Assembly (NCBI GenBank): GCA_963798085.1
Contig: CAWCRS010000005.1
Coordinates: 576,001 to 640,000, forward strand
DNA length: 64,000 nt
Direction of reading: 5' to 3'
From: an uncultured Gemmatimonadales bacterium
GTDB lineage: Bacteria; Gemmatimonadota; Gemmatimonadetes; Longimicrobiales; RSA9
The notes under the pieces are model-generated. The model was given only the letters and a program-made list of their open reading frames with translations. It ran no database searches and had not been told where the DNA came from. Below are positions 20,136-29,733 of the stretch, piece after piece; the stretch's first letter is position 1, and every line of letters starts with the position of its first letter. The position numbers were made by a program, and so were the translations under genes.

Positions 20136-21083
20136 CTAGAAAACAGCGATCTTGCCCTTGTCGATATCTGCCAGCAGGCTCTGCAGCCTCGATTCGACGC
20201 CCCGGATTTCGCGGGTCGTGAGGCCGAACTGCACCACCTTTCCCGAACGTCGTACTCCGCGGCCTTCGCCCAGGTTCGCGCCGCGCGCCACGGGCGCCAG
20301 CTGATCGCCCTGAATCTCGAACTGCACGAGGACGCCCAGCCCGTCACGCAGCTGCTCCGGCGTGATGGCGCGCAGTCGCGCCACCGTGGCGCGTGGCAGG
20401 CGGGGCACGCGAATGTTGCGCCATTCGTAGCCCCGGTCGCTGGCCTGGCTCTCGAATGCCAGACCGTTGTCCACGGAGAAGACACGCGGCAGTGTCGCAC
20501 TCTGGGAGAGGAGGAAATTGCCGACATTCGAGTCGTTGTGGTGAATCAGGTAGGTAAGGATGTTGAAATCGCCGAGGTGACGCGCGTAGACCGTATCGCG
20601 TTGGGCCCGGTTCCTGTCGTAGAAGTTGTCCGGCGAAACCTGCAGCAACCAGTACTGCAGCACCACCACAACGGACTGCGCGCCGTCGAACGTGGCTTCG
20701 GCGGCAGCATCGTATTGTTGCAGCCACGTCAGGGGCACTGCGCGCACGACCGTCGGCGGAACGGCGTAGTCCCCGGGATCCAGGAACAGGCGCTGTATCT
20801 CGTACGCGGCCAGCTCGTAGCGCGGCTCGTTGTTGAACGCGGTCCCGCCCACCGGCGCGCGCGCCAGCTTCGCCACCAAAACGCTGCTGTCGGCGAACTG
20901 CAGCGTGATGCGCTGCGTGCGATCGCCCTGGGCCCGTGAGCCGCGCACATCCAGAATGTTCAACGGAGCCGAACGCAGGCGTGCCTCGATGCTGTCGACT
21001 GCGATCAGGTAGTTGGCATCCTGTGCCCGGCCGTTGGCGGGCAGCACCGACAACAGAGCCGCGGCCAGCAGTGTGCGCTTCAT
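20136..21083 (-). CDS. Secreted atypical kinase, PI3K/PI4K-II/Fam20-like fold
   Basis: Signal peptide MKRTLLAAALLSVLPANGRA; VAK, YELAAYE, VPPTV, LQYW, LIHHNDSNVGN, VDNGLAF; ATGA overlap with the upstream histidine kinase. Confidence 0.72.
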   Translation of the reverse strand: MKRTLLAAALLSVLPANGRAQDANYLIAVDSIEARLRSAPLNILDVRGSRAQGDRTQRITLQFADSSVLVAKLARAPVGGTAFNNEPRYELAAYEIQRLFLDPGDYAVPPTVVRAVPLTWLQQYDAAAEATFDGAQSVVVVLQYWLLQVSPDNFYDRNRAQRDTVYARHLGDFNILTYLIHHNDSNVGNFLLSQSATLPRVFSVDNGLAFESQASDRGYEWRNIRVPRLPRATVARLRAITPEQLRDGLGVLVQFEIQGDQLAPVARGANLGEGRGVRRSGKVVQFGLTTREIRGVESRLQSLLADIDKGKIAVF

Positions 21084-21875
21084 GATGCGCCTCCGGTTTC
21101 CAGTTTGAGCGGCAGGAACACCGTGAACGTCGATCCCTGTCCCTGCACGCTGCGTACGCTGATGCGCCCGCAATGCCGGTCGATCACCTGGCGCACGATC
21201 AGCAGCCCCAGACCCATGCCCACGCGTTCGCCCTTGGTGGAGAACCCCGGCTCGAAGATGCTGGCCAGGTCCTTGTCCGCGATGCCGTTGCCCGAGTCTT
21301 CGATCTCGACCTGCACCCCGCCGGGCGCCGCCTGCGTGCGCACGGTGATGCGTCCCCTGCCCTGGATGGCCTGCGCCGCGTTCACCAGCAGGTTCATGAA
21401 AACCTGCCCGACCTGCTGCGGATAACACGCGATCAGCGGCACATCGCCGTACTCACGCACGACCTCGACGCGGTCGCGCAGTTCGTGATTCAGGATGGTG
21501 AGCGCACCATCGATGGAAGCGCGCACATCAATGTGATCCAGTTGCGCTCGATCCGGCCGGCCGAACGTGCGCAGACTCGTCACCAGCTGCACCATGCGCT
21601 CGACCGCCAGGTGATTCACCTTCATGATGCCATTGAGCGCGGACACAATACGGCGCACTTCGTCCAGCTCGGATGGCTCCACTACATCATCGGCGAGAAT
21701 CGCGTGCAGGCGGGAGAGCGCGCGGCGCAGCACGTCATCGATTGCTGTGCAGCGCGCCCAGCGGCGTGTTCAGCTCGTGCGCGATGCCGGCAACGAGCGC
21801 GCCCAGCGTGGCCGTCTTGGCCGCATTGACCTGTTCGGCCAGGGCGTCGGCGTTCTCCTCGCCCGGCGCGGGCAT
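21080..21875 (-). CDS. Sensor-less cytoplasmic histidine kinase (NtrB-like), one frameshift near 21738
   Basis: H-box LVAGIAHELNTPLG in one frame; QVFMNLLVNA, DSGNGI, FEPGFSTK, GMGLGL in the next; junction AATCGATGACGTG becomes N-H-D-V if one G is removed. Confidence 0.85.
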
Positions 21876-22354
21876 CAGAGAAAGGCCCGGATCAGACGGC
21901 GGCGCATCTCCAGCAGTTCGACATTGGCGGACTCGAGCGCGCTGAGACGGGCATCCAGCTCGTTCACGAGAGAGGACCGCTCCACGCCATTGCGGATGAC
22001 CAGGCTGAGCCGGTCGTTGTCCCACGGCTTCTCGAGGTAGTAGTAGAGGCCCACCTCGTTGATGGCGCGGATCGCGTTCTCCACGTCCGCATAGCCGGTC
22101 AGCAGCACGCGCGAGGTGTGGGGCCGTATCTCCCTCGCCTTGCGCAGGAATTCGATGCCGTCCATCTCCGGCATCATGAAGTCGGAGACGATGACGTCGA
22201 TGCGTTCGCTGCCCAGCTGTTCGAGCGCCTTGTGCGGCGAATTGCAGGAAATGACGCGGTACGCTGTCTCCAGCTCGAGAAAGCTGCGCAGCGCCGTGAG
22301 CACCATTTCCTCGTCGTCGACGAGGAGAATCACGGGCGTGTGTGCATCAGCCAT
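21875..22354 (-). CDS. Receiver-domain response regulator with C-terminal coiled coil
   Basis: LLVDDE, VSDFMMPEMDG, LLTGYAD, YLEKPW; no DNA-binding domain. Confidence 0.92.
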   Translation of the reverse strand: MADAHTPVILLVDDEEMVLTALRSFLELETAYRVISCNSPHKALEQLGSERIDVIVSDFMMPEMDGIEFLRKAREIRPHTSRVLLTGYADVENAIRAINEVGLYYYLEKPWDNDRLSLVIRNGVERSSLVNELDARLSALESANVELLEMRRRLIRAFL

Positions 22355-22371
22355 GGTGCTGCCGTCCGTGT

Positions 22372-25300
22372 TCAGGCGACCAGCGACCGGATGCGCCGCG
22401 CCAGCCCCTGCAGCAGCCCGAGCGCAAGTTCCGGGTGATCGGATACCAGGTCATTGAACTCCTCGCGCCGGATGCGCAGCACATGGGTGTTCTCGGTGGC
22501 GCGCGCTTCCACGAGGCTGGGCGATTCATCGATCAGCGCCCAGGTGCCGAACGCGCCGCCCTCATTCACCACCATCTCTCCACCCACTCCGCGCAATTCC
22601 ACGGCGCCGCGGGTCACGACGTACAATGCCTCCGTCGGCTCGCCCTCGCGGATCAGCACGGTGCCGCGCTCCACAGCCAGGTCTTCCGCAATGCTGGCGA
22701 GCAGGGCGAGATGGGCGCTGCGCGCGTCCTTCAGCAGATCGACACGCTGGAAGAGGAAGACGGTTTCGATGAGATCCATGCGCTGCGCTTGTGTGCCCTG
22801 ACGTTCGGGGACCCGCTCGAGCTTGCGCCGCGCCGCGGCGGCACAGGCCGCGACCCACGGATCGCTGTCGCTCTCGAGACGGCGCAGCGCCTCGGCCGCA
22901 TGGCCGCGGGACGGGCCACCGGCCTCGGGCTGCAGAATAGGCTGCAGTTCCCGGAAAAGCGAGTAACCGACGGTCTGCTCCAGCCACTCGATTGCGTTTG
23001 CGCGGGCAATCGTGCTCCCGCTCAGCGCGAGATAACAGCGGTATATGTCATCCGGCGGAAAGATCAGACCCAGGCAGCGAAAACCGCCTTCACACCGCTC
23101 GCGCCAGGCATCGGCCAGCGCGCCGCGCGTCAGACTCACGATGCCGCCATCTTCGCCCACGCTTTGCAGGCTGGCGCGCGCCGTGGCGTAGCGATCCGCC
23201 ACCGCCACTTCCCGCCGCACCACTTCCAGCGCCAGCTGCGTGTCGAACACGAGATCGCTGTGCTGCGCGCGCAGCTTGCTCAATGCCTTGATGATTCTGT
23301 AGTCGAGCAGCTGTTCGGTTTCGGGCGCGAGCACCGCGCGCAACAGAGTGTTTACAGTCTCCGCACAGGGGATCCTGGCGAGCACGGAGGGCAGTGCCCG
23401 GCGCACCAGTGGATGGGCGCGCGTGTCCAGCAGCTGCGCCGCGAGCGGCGCGATGGCCGAGGGTCCCAGCGCGGCCAGCGCGGTGCGCGCCGCGGCGCGC
23501 GTGTCCGGTCGCGCCAGCGCCGCGATGAGGCGGGGCTGCGAGCGCTGCAGCCCCATCCGGCCCGCGGCCAGCAGCGCGGTCGATGCGACGGCGGGTTCCG
23601 GATCATCCAGCAGCTGCTCGACCGCGCGCTCGGCCTCGGCATCACCGGGCAGCGCGCTCGCCGCCAGTGCCAGCTCGGCGCGCTCCGCCGCGTCAGCCGG
23701 GCGCGCCGTTGCCAGGCGCAACGGATAGCGCCGGCGGATCGCGTCCCTGTCGTACCCGGGCACATCGCCCCGCGCAATGCACGACAGCACCGCCGTGCGC
23801 ACAGCGGCCTGCTCCGAGCTCAGCAGCTCCTCGAGCGCCTTGCCGTTGTCCGATGCCGCGAGAAACGCACGCACCGCCGCTTCCCGCACGGCGGGCGATA
23901 CATCGAGCAGGCGGGCGCGAATGCGCGCGCTCTCCACCGCGTGCGGAAAGCGCTCCAGCAGCACCAGTGCGCGCGCGCGAATCTCAGCGGACGGATGCTG
24001 CAGCAGCCGGTTCAGCTCCAGCGCCAGTCCCTCCTCATCACGCAGCGGTGATTCACTGATGAGGTCGAGTGCGAAGGCAACCTGCAGCGGGTCGTCTGAA
24101 CCGAGCGCCCGCCGCACCAGCGGCCACGTAGTGCCGTCCGCCAGCGAGCCGTACAGACCGCGCACGCTCGCGAAGCGGCCCTCGATCGAGCGCGCCAGCA
24201 CGCGCACGTACTGGCGGCGTACGCGCATGCCCAGCGCCAGCCACACCAGCGACAGCAGCATGCCCACGAGCGCGATGCGCCGCTCGCCCATTACCTGCAG
24301 CAGCAGGAAGATGAAACCGGCGGCCGCGGCCTTGCCCAGACCTTCCTCGAGCGCGACGTCGATCCATGTCTTCGCCCTCAGCTTCAATTCCTCCGGCACC
24401 GGCAGGTACAGGATCTCGCGACCGGCGCGCTCCACGGAATAACGCAGTGTTGTCTCGGTGCCCTTGGCGAATACGCCGGCCGCCAGCGTACCGGAGAACG
24501 CGAGCGCGCCGTTGGCCACGAACATGAACGCGGGCAGCATCAGCACGGCGATGCCCACGCCGTAACGGCGCAGCAGCGGCTGCAGCACGGCGAGCATCAG
24601 CAGGGGCAGCCACTGTGTCGCGAAGTTGAACTTGCCCTGGAACGCGCTCACTGCGTCGCGCGTAACGAACGTTTCCTTGGTGAGTGCGTTGAACTGGTAG
24701 TCGACGATCTGCTTCACCAGGATCGTGACCAGCACCATCAGTGCGACGAGCCGGATGTGCGGATCACGCGCCACCTCGCGCAGGCCGCCCGCGGACAGAG
24801 CGCCCTTCGACCTGCGCCGCACAGGCCTCTGCTCCGGGCCGGCGGTGAGCGGCAGCGCCAGGCCGAACAGCACGATGAAGCCGGCCGCGACCAGCAGCAG
24901 GTTGGGCGTGCCCAGTGCGGGCGCGAGAAAGCCGGTCACAGCGCCGCCCGCCGCCGCACCGATGCTGCCGCCGGCAATGAGCATCGGGTACGCACGCTTC
25001 GCGCTGCGCGCGTCCACCATGTACTGCGCGGCCAGAAAGAACTGCGAGACGACAGCCGCCGTGAAGAGATCGTTCCAGCCGTAGAAGATCAGCCCGAACG
25101 CCTTGCTTCCCGGATGGTAGAGTGCGCGGAAGAGCAGCAGGTTGAGCGCGAAGAAGAGCGCCATGCCCGTCACCAGACGGCGCCACGGCACACGCTCGAT
25201 CATGCGCGTGTACGGTGCGACGAACAGTGCCACCGCCGCGCTCACCAGATAGACGCGGTAGAAGTTGGCGCCGCCCAGGCCATCCAGTGCAATGGCGTTC

Positions 25301-25491
25301 TTGATGGGGCGCAGCACACCCACCGCGCACTGCACGAGGAAGAACAACGCCGCCATGGCCAGGAAGCGGCTCGTGGCTGTGCGCCCGGACTGCAGGCGGC
25401 GGGCGTCTCGCGTGTCGCTCAACGTTGCGTGAGAGGGTCGGGTCGGGATTGGTGTGGCCGGAAGTGTGACGCCAATCGCGGGCGGGGTCAA
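22372..25491 (-). CDS. Npt1/Npt2 (NTT/TLC, MFS-fold) nucleotide-transporter-like protein fused to HEAT repeats and a cNMP-binding domain
   Basis: About 12 TMs with LRPIKNA, AKRAYPMLIAGGSIG, IVDYQF, LRYSVERAGREILYLPVPEELKLRAKTWID; HEAT-like helices; C-terminal LIREGEP...FGTWAL domain; start uncertain (TTG). Confidence 0.8.
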   Translation of the reverse strand: MTPPAIGVTLPATPIPTRPSHATLSDTRDARRLQSGRTATSRFLAMAALFFLVQCAVGVLRPIKNAIALDGLGGANFYRVYLVSAAVALFVAPYTRMIERVPWRRLVTGMALFFALNLLLFRALYHPGSKAFGLIFYGWNDLFTAAVVSQFFLAAQYMVDARSAKRAYPMLIAGGSIGAAAGGAVTGFLAPALGTPNLLLVAAGFIVLFGLALPLTAGPEQRPVRRRSKGALSAGGLREVARDPHIRLVALMVLVTILVKQIVDYQFNALTKETFVTRDAVSAFQGKFNFATQWLPLLMLAVLQPLLRRYGVGIAVLMLPAFMFVANGALAFSGTLAAGVFAKGTETTLRYSVERAGREILYLPVPEELKLRAKTWIDVALEEGLGKAAAAGFIFLLLQVMGERRIALVGMLLSLVWLALGMRVRRQYVRVLARSIEGRFASVRGLYGSLADGTTWPLVRRALGSDDPLQVAFALDLISESPLRDEEGLALELNRLLQHPSAEIRARALVLLERFPHAVESARIRARLLDVSPAVREAAVRAFLAASDNGKALEELLSSEQAAVRTAVLSCIARGDVPGYDRDAIRRRYPLRLATARPADAAERAELALAASALPGDAEAERAVEQLLDDPEPAVASTALLAAGRMGLQRSQPRLIAALARPDTRAAARTALAALGPSAIAPLAAQLLDTRAHPLVRRALPSVLARIPCAETVNTLLRAVLAPETEQLLDYRIIKALSKLRAQHSDLVFDTQLALEVVRREVAVADRYATARASLQSVGEDGGIVSLTRGALADAWRERCEGGFRCLGLIFPPDDIYRCYLALSGSTIARANAIEWLEQTVGYSLFRELQPILQPEAGGPSRGHAAEALRRLESDSDPWVAACAAAARRKLERVPERQGTQAQRMDLIETVFLFQRVDLLKDARSAHLALLASIAEDLAVERGTVLIREGEPTEALYVVTRGAVELRGVGGEMVVNEGGAFGTWALIDESPSLVEARATENTHVLRIRREEFNDLVSDHPELALGLLQGLARRIRSLVA

Positions 25492-25500
25492 TACCCCGGC

Positions 25501-26181
25501 TCATGCCTGAAAGCGGTACCCCACTTTCCAGACGGTGAGAAAATGCTCGGGGTGCGCGGGGTCGCGCTCCAGTTTCTTGCGCAGCTCCTTGATGTGCGAG
25601 TCGACGGTGCGCGTCATCACCAGGCCGCGATGCCCCCAGACATCGCGCAGCAATGTCGCGCGTGACGTTACCGCCCCTTCCTTGCGGATCAGCGCCAGCA
25701 TGAGGTCGTAGGCGCGGGGTGTCAGCGATACGCTCGAGCCTCGCACGCGCACGGCGCGCGACCCGGTTTCCACCTCGACATCGCCGAAGCGGATCACCTC
25801 GCGCGAGCTGCCCGGCGTGGTGCGCCGCCGCAGCAGCGACTTCACCCGTTCCAGCAGCTCCAGCAGGTGGAACGGCTTGGTCACGTACTGGTCCGCGTCC
25901 AGACGGAAGCCGCGCACCTTGTCCTGTTCCTCGCCCAGCGCCGTGAGCATCAGAACGGGCACGACAACGCCTTCCGCCCGCACCTGACGCAGCACCTGAA
26001 AGCCGTCCATGCGCGGCAGCATCGCATCCAGAACAATCAGGTCAGGCGACGCCGCGCGCGCCATTTCCAGTCCCGCGACGCCGTCCTCGGCGTGCAGCAC
26101 TTCGTAGCCTTCCAGCTCGAAATTGTAGCGCAGCCCGGCGGCGAGGTCGGCGTTGTCCTCCACCAGCAGGATGCGCGTCAT
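25501..26181 (-). CDS. OmpR/PhoB-family response regulator
   Basis: LLVEDN, LDAMLP, TKPF; winged helix TRTVDSHIKELRKKLE, TVWKVGYRF. Confidence 0.95.
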   Translation of the reverse strand: MTRILLVEDNADLAAGLRYNFELEGYEVLHAEDGVAGLEMARAASPDLIVLDAMLPRMDGFQVLRQVRAEGVVVPVLMLTALGEEQDKVRGFRLDADQYVTKPFHLLELLERVKSLLRRRTTPGSSREVIRFGDVEVETGSRAVRVRGSSVSLTPRAYDLMLALIRKEGAVTSRATLLRDVWGHRGLVMTRTVDSHIKELRKKLERDPAHPEHFLTVWKVGYRFQA

Positions 26182-27929
26182 GCCTGCGCATCCGGCGCGT
26201 GTGACGCCGCGCGCTCCCGACCCGCGCCCGGGAAGCGCAGCACAAAGCGCGCGCCGTGCGTGCTGGTCGCGAGGCTCGCCGAGCCGCCGTGTCTCGCCAT
26301 GATGTCGCTCACGATGGAGAGGCCAATGCCGCTGCCCCCCACGCTGCGCGCCGCGTCGCTCGAGCCGCGCTCGAACGGCTTCCAGATGACATCGCGATCC
26401 GCAGCGGCAATGCCCGGACCCTCATCCGCGACGCTCAGCTGCAGCACGTCGCCATCCAGCACCCCCTCGACGCGCACAGTCTGCCCGCTGGGCCCGTACT
26501 TCACCGCGTTGTCGAGCAGATTCAGCAGTGCCACGCGGAACGCATCGGTCATCAGCGGCACACGGATCGACGCATCGATGTCCATGACCACCGAAGCGCG
26601 CCGCGAGCGCGCCAGCGGCTCGAACGCCGCCAGCGTCTGACGCACCTCCTCCGCCACCGCTGTGGTGCGCAGCGGCGCCACACGCTCCTGCCCGACCGAT
26701 GCGAAGCGCAGCACATTCTCCACGAGATGGTTGAGACGGGTGGCCTCGCGGTCCAGATGATCGAGCGACCAGGCACGCTCCTTGTCGGTGGACAGGCGGC
26801 CCAGACGCAGCGTGTCCAGATACAGGCGGATCTGCGAAAGCGGCGTGCGCAGCTCGTGCGACACCGCAGCCACGAAATCGGCACGTGTGCGCGTCAGCGC
26901 GGCCGCCCGCCGCAGCTGCTGCACCGCCACCACCGAGAGCGTCGCCGCCACCAGCAGCAGGCCGATCAGCAGCGGCAGCCGTGAGCGCGGCAGTCCGCCA
27001 ATCACCAGCATGTTCGCAACACGCGGTTTGATGGCGGCGCGCACCGTGAAGCCGCCCCAGGCATCGGGTACGTGGTCGTCACGATACGCCTCGATCCGAT
27101 CGGCGTCCGGATCGGAGCGGTACACCAGCTGGCCACGACGGTCCAGCACGCGCACGGCAATGAGATCGCGATTCAGATGATTGCGCGTGAGCGCGGGCGG
27201 CAGCAGGTCTTCCTGATCGATGATGCTGCCGAACAGCTCCATGACCGTGCGCGGCGCCAGCTCCACCGCGTACACGATCGTGTCGCCTGCGCTCCTCGCC
27301 ATGGGGCGGTACGCGAAGACACGCGGTCGACCCTGGAACTCGCCCACCACGATGCCGTACTGCCAGTCGACCGCGAACTGATGGCGCACCGCAGCGCTCA
27401 GCGTGTCGATCACCCAGCGGCGCTCCGCCGCGCTGTAGGGCGCTACATCGGGTATCTCTTCGCTCTGCCAGTGCCGGATCACCGCGGCCGTGTCCACGAT
27501 AACACCGTGCTCGCCGCGGTAGAGGTTGGGTACTACCGCGATCGTGTCCGCGCCCAGCGTGTAGCCAAGGAAATACCTGGCGGGATACTCCATGCGGTGG
27601 CAGAAACAACCGGCGGAATCCCAGGGCAGCATGTGCGCCAGCACGATCGCAGGAGGCACGTCGCTGCCTTCGTGCAGGCCGCGGCCGTGATTCACCGGGC
27701 CGAGCACACTGGCCGCCGTCGCAAACAGCGCGTCTTTCAGGTGCTGGCGAAAACTCCACGCCGCAAACGACGTGTAGTCGCGCAGCGTTTCCTCGGCCTG
27801 CCGGTGATTCTGGCGCACCGCCTCCTGCGCCTGGAACGCCGCGACCAGCACGATCCCGATACTGGCCAGCAGCAGCACCAGCGGCAGGGTCAGCCGGAAA
27901 CGCTCCGCCCCCTTCGGCTTCAGCTTCAT
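26178..27929 (-). CDS. Membrane sensor histidine kinase
   Basis: Two TMs flanking a large periplasmic domain; SHELRTPL, NLLDNAVKY, DEGPGI, GSGIGL. Confidence 0.95.
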   Translation of the reverse strand: MKLKPKGAERFRLTLPLVLLLASIGIVLVAAFQAQEAVRQNHRQAEETLRDYTSFAAWSFRQHLKDALFATAASVLGPVNHGRGLHEGSDVPPAIVLAHMLPWDSAGCFCHRMEYPARYFLGYTLGADTIAVVPNLYRGEHGVIVDTAAVIRHWQSEEIPDVAPYSAAERRWVIDTLSAAVRHQFAVDWQYGIVVGEFQGRPRVFAYRPMARSAGDTIVYAVELAPRTVMELFGSIIDQEDLLPPALTRNHLNRDLIAVRVLDRRGQLVYRSDPDADRIEAYRDDHVPDAWGGFTVRAAIKPRVANMLVIGGLPRSRLPLLIGLLLVAATLSVVAVQQLRRAAALTRTRADFVAAVSHELRTPLSQIRLYLDTLRLGRLSTDKERAWSLDHLDREATRLNHLVENVLRFASVGQERVAPLRTTAVAEEVRQTLAAFEPLARSRRASVVMDIDASIRVPLMTDAFRVALLNLLDNAVKYGPSGQTVRVEGVLDGDVLQLSVADEGPGIAAADRDVIWKPFERGSSDAARSVGGSGIGLSIVSDIMARHGGSASLATSTHGARFVLRFPGAGRERAASHAPDAQA

Positions 27930-27936
27930 GTCAGGC

Positions 27937-28555
27937 TCAACAACCCCTGCGTTGCGCTCCCTCCACACGGGCACGGGCCGCGGCTTCGTCCACGGATTTC
28001 ATGGCAGGCGACGATGTTCGCCCCGTGTTGCCTTCCGCTGACGCCGTGCGTGGCATGCCGCCGAACCAGCGGCTGAGCGCCGCAATTTCGCGAAATGCCG
28101 CACTGTCCGCCGCACTCGCGCGACTCGGCAATACCGGCTCCATGATGACATTCGATCCAACCGGCCAGGCCACCGCGCAGCAGCAGCGTGTTTCGTATAC
28201 CGCGGGCCAGCAGCATCGCCTGCACGCTCGCGGCTTCTGCTTCACCATCGGAATACACCACAATGCGCTGCTGCTCTCCGAACCGGGCGTCGGGCAGGCG
28301 GTCCGGCGGCACGTTCTCCGCCATGGCGATGTGGTACTTCGAGAAGGACACGGAGTCGCGCACATCGATCAGACGCAGGCTCTCCCGGCCCGCCCGCAGC
28401 CAGCGCGCCAGCTCGATCGCAGCCACCGTCGCGCCAGGCGCTCCAGCCCGTGCTCCTGTGCCGATCGTGTCTGCCAGCAACGCACCCGTCGCCAGCAGCG
28501 CCGCAAGTACCGCCAGCACCTGCACAGCGCGGATGCGGCGCGGGCCTGCACTCAT
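27937..28555 (-). CDS. Membrane-anchored rhodanese-like protein, one frameshift near 28152
   Basis: LIDVR, YHIAMA, VVYS, LRGGLAGW in one frame; continues as VIMEPVLP...SRWFGGMPR...RRGC in another; catalytic position is Ser. Confidence 0.7.
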
Positions 28556-29136
28556 GGCCGCAAGCCTCGACGTTCCAGCCACGCCACGCCGCCGAACATG
28601 AGCAGCGCCATGGCTGTCACGCCGAACACCACGACGCCCTGCGGCACGTGCCACAGCTGCGGCAGCGTGATGCCGCCCAGCGCCGTGCGCTCGTAGAAGG
28701 ACTGCAGTCGCGCGAACAGCTCAGCAAACAGCAGCACACCCGCCGCCATGCCCAGCATCACGGCGAGGCCGTCCCTGCGCCCGGTTGCGGCCGCCACGCA
28801 GGATGTGCCCGGGCAGAGACCCGCGACCAGGAAGCCCGCGCCGAACACCGCACCGCCCACGGCCTGCGGCAGCACCCAGGTGGGCGGCACGTAGATCCGC
28901 GCCACGTCGAGCACTCCCAGCCGGTCCAGCCAGAAAAGGCCCAGCATGGCGGTGACAATCGCCGTGAACATCACCTTCAGCACCGTGAAGTCACGCAGAT
29001 AGAACTGGCCCGCCAGCTTGCGCGCGCTGCCCAGGCCGCCCCGCTCCAGGAACCAGCCGAACGCCACGCCCACCAGCAGCGCCACCGCCAGCGATGCGGT
29101 GTCTCCAAACAGACTGTTACCCCACAGCGGCATCAT
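28552..29136 (-). CDS. YeeE/YedE-family sulfur-compound transporter half
   Basis: GVAFGWFLERGG, DFTVLKVMFTAI, GLCPGTS. Confidence 0.88.
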   Translation of the reverse strand: MMPLWGNSLFGDTASLAVALLVGVAFGWFLERGGLGSARKLAGQFYLRDFTVLKVMFTAIVTAMLGLFWLDRLGVLDVARIYVPPTWVLPQAVGGAVFGAGFLVAGLCPGTSCVAAATGRRDGLAVMLGMAAGVLLFAELFARLQSFYERTALGGITLPQLWHVPQGVVVFGVTAMALLMFGGVAWLERRGLRP

Positions 29137-29711
29137 GTCCATTGCCTCCGCACCAGCGGCGCCAGCGCGAAGCCGGCCGCGAACGCGGTCGCCATGAAGA
29201 TCCAGCTGCCCGGTGTGAGCAGCGCGCCCCCGGTCAGCGCCAGACCGCTGGTGCAGCCGCGCGCCAGTTTTGCGCCGAAGCCCATCAGCGTACCACCGGC
29301 AAAGCCCAGCAGGAGGCGGGACCGCTGACCGATGCGCGGGCCGCGCTCGGTGGCCAGCCGCACGCGCCCGGCCAGCCAGCCGGAGAGCAGCGCGCCCGCC
29401 AGTACGCCCACGATCTCGAACACCAGCCAGTCCGCCAGCGGACTGCGCGTGCTGTCGCCCAGATACGCCGCGTACGCGGGATTTGCCGCCGCATGCGCCG
29501 GCGCTGCCTCCTGCATGGCGGCGCTCACCGCCGCGGAGAACGCGCCCGACGCACCCAGCCCGCGGCCCATGATGAGGAACGCTGCCAGCAGCACGAGTCC
29601 CAGGCCGAAGCCCGCGAGGTACGGATTCAGATAGGGCCTCGCCATGCGCGTTGTCATCGCCGGGGGCGCCGGCTGCGCACGCGGCCGCGACCGCAGCGCC
29701 TGCGTGCTCAT
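29133..29711 (-). CDS. YeeE/YedE-family sulfur-compound transporter half
   Basis: PYLAG, GRGLGASG, GFGAKLARGCTSG. Confidence 0.88.
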   Translation of the reverse strand: MSTQALRSRPRAQPAPPAMTTRMARPYLNPYLAGFGLGLVLLAAFLIMGRGLGASGAFSAAVSAAMQEAAPAHAAANPAYAAYLGDSTRSPLADWLVFEIVGVLAGALLSGWLAGRVRLATERGPRIGQRSRLLLGFAGGTLMGFGAKLARGCTSGLALTGGALLTPGSWIFMATAFAAGFALAPLVRRQWT

Positions 29712-29733
29712 TGGCTGGCCTCCCCACCCCGCA

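Noticed and set aside
21730..28160. Programmed frameshifting in the HK or rhodanese genes
   Set aside because: No slippery heptamer at either junction; sequencing indels are the simpler explanation given the error cluster at 14.2-17.3 kb
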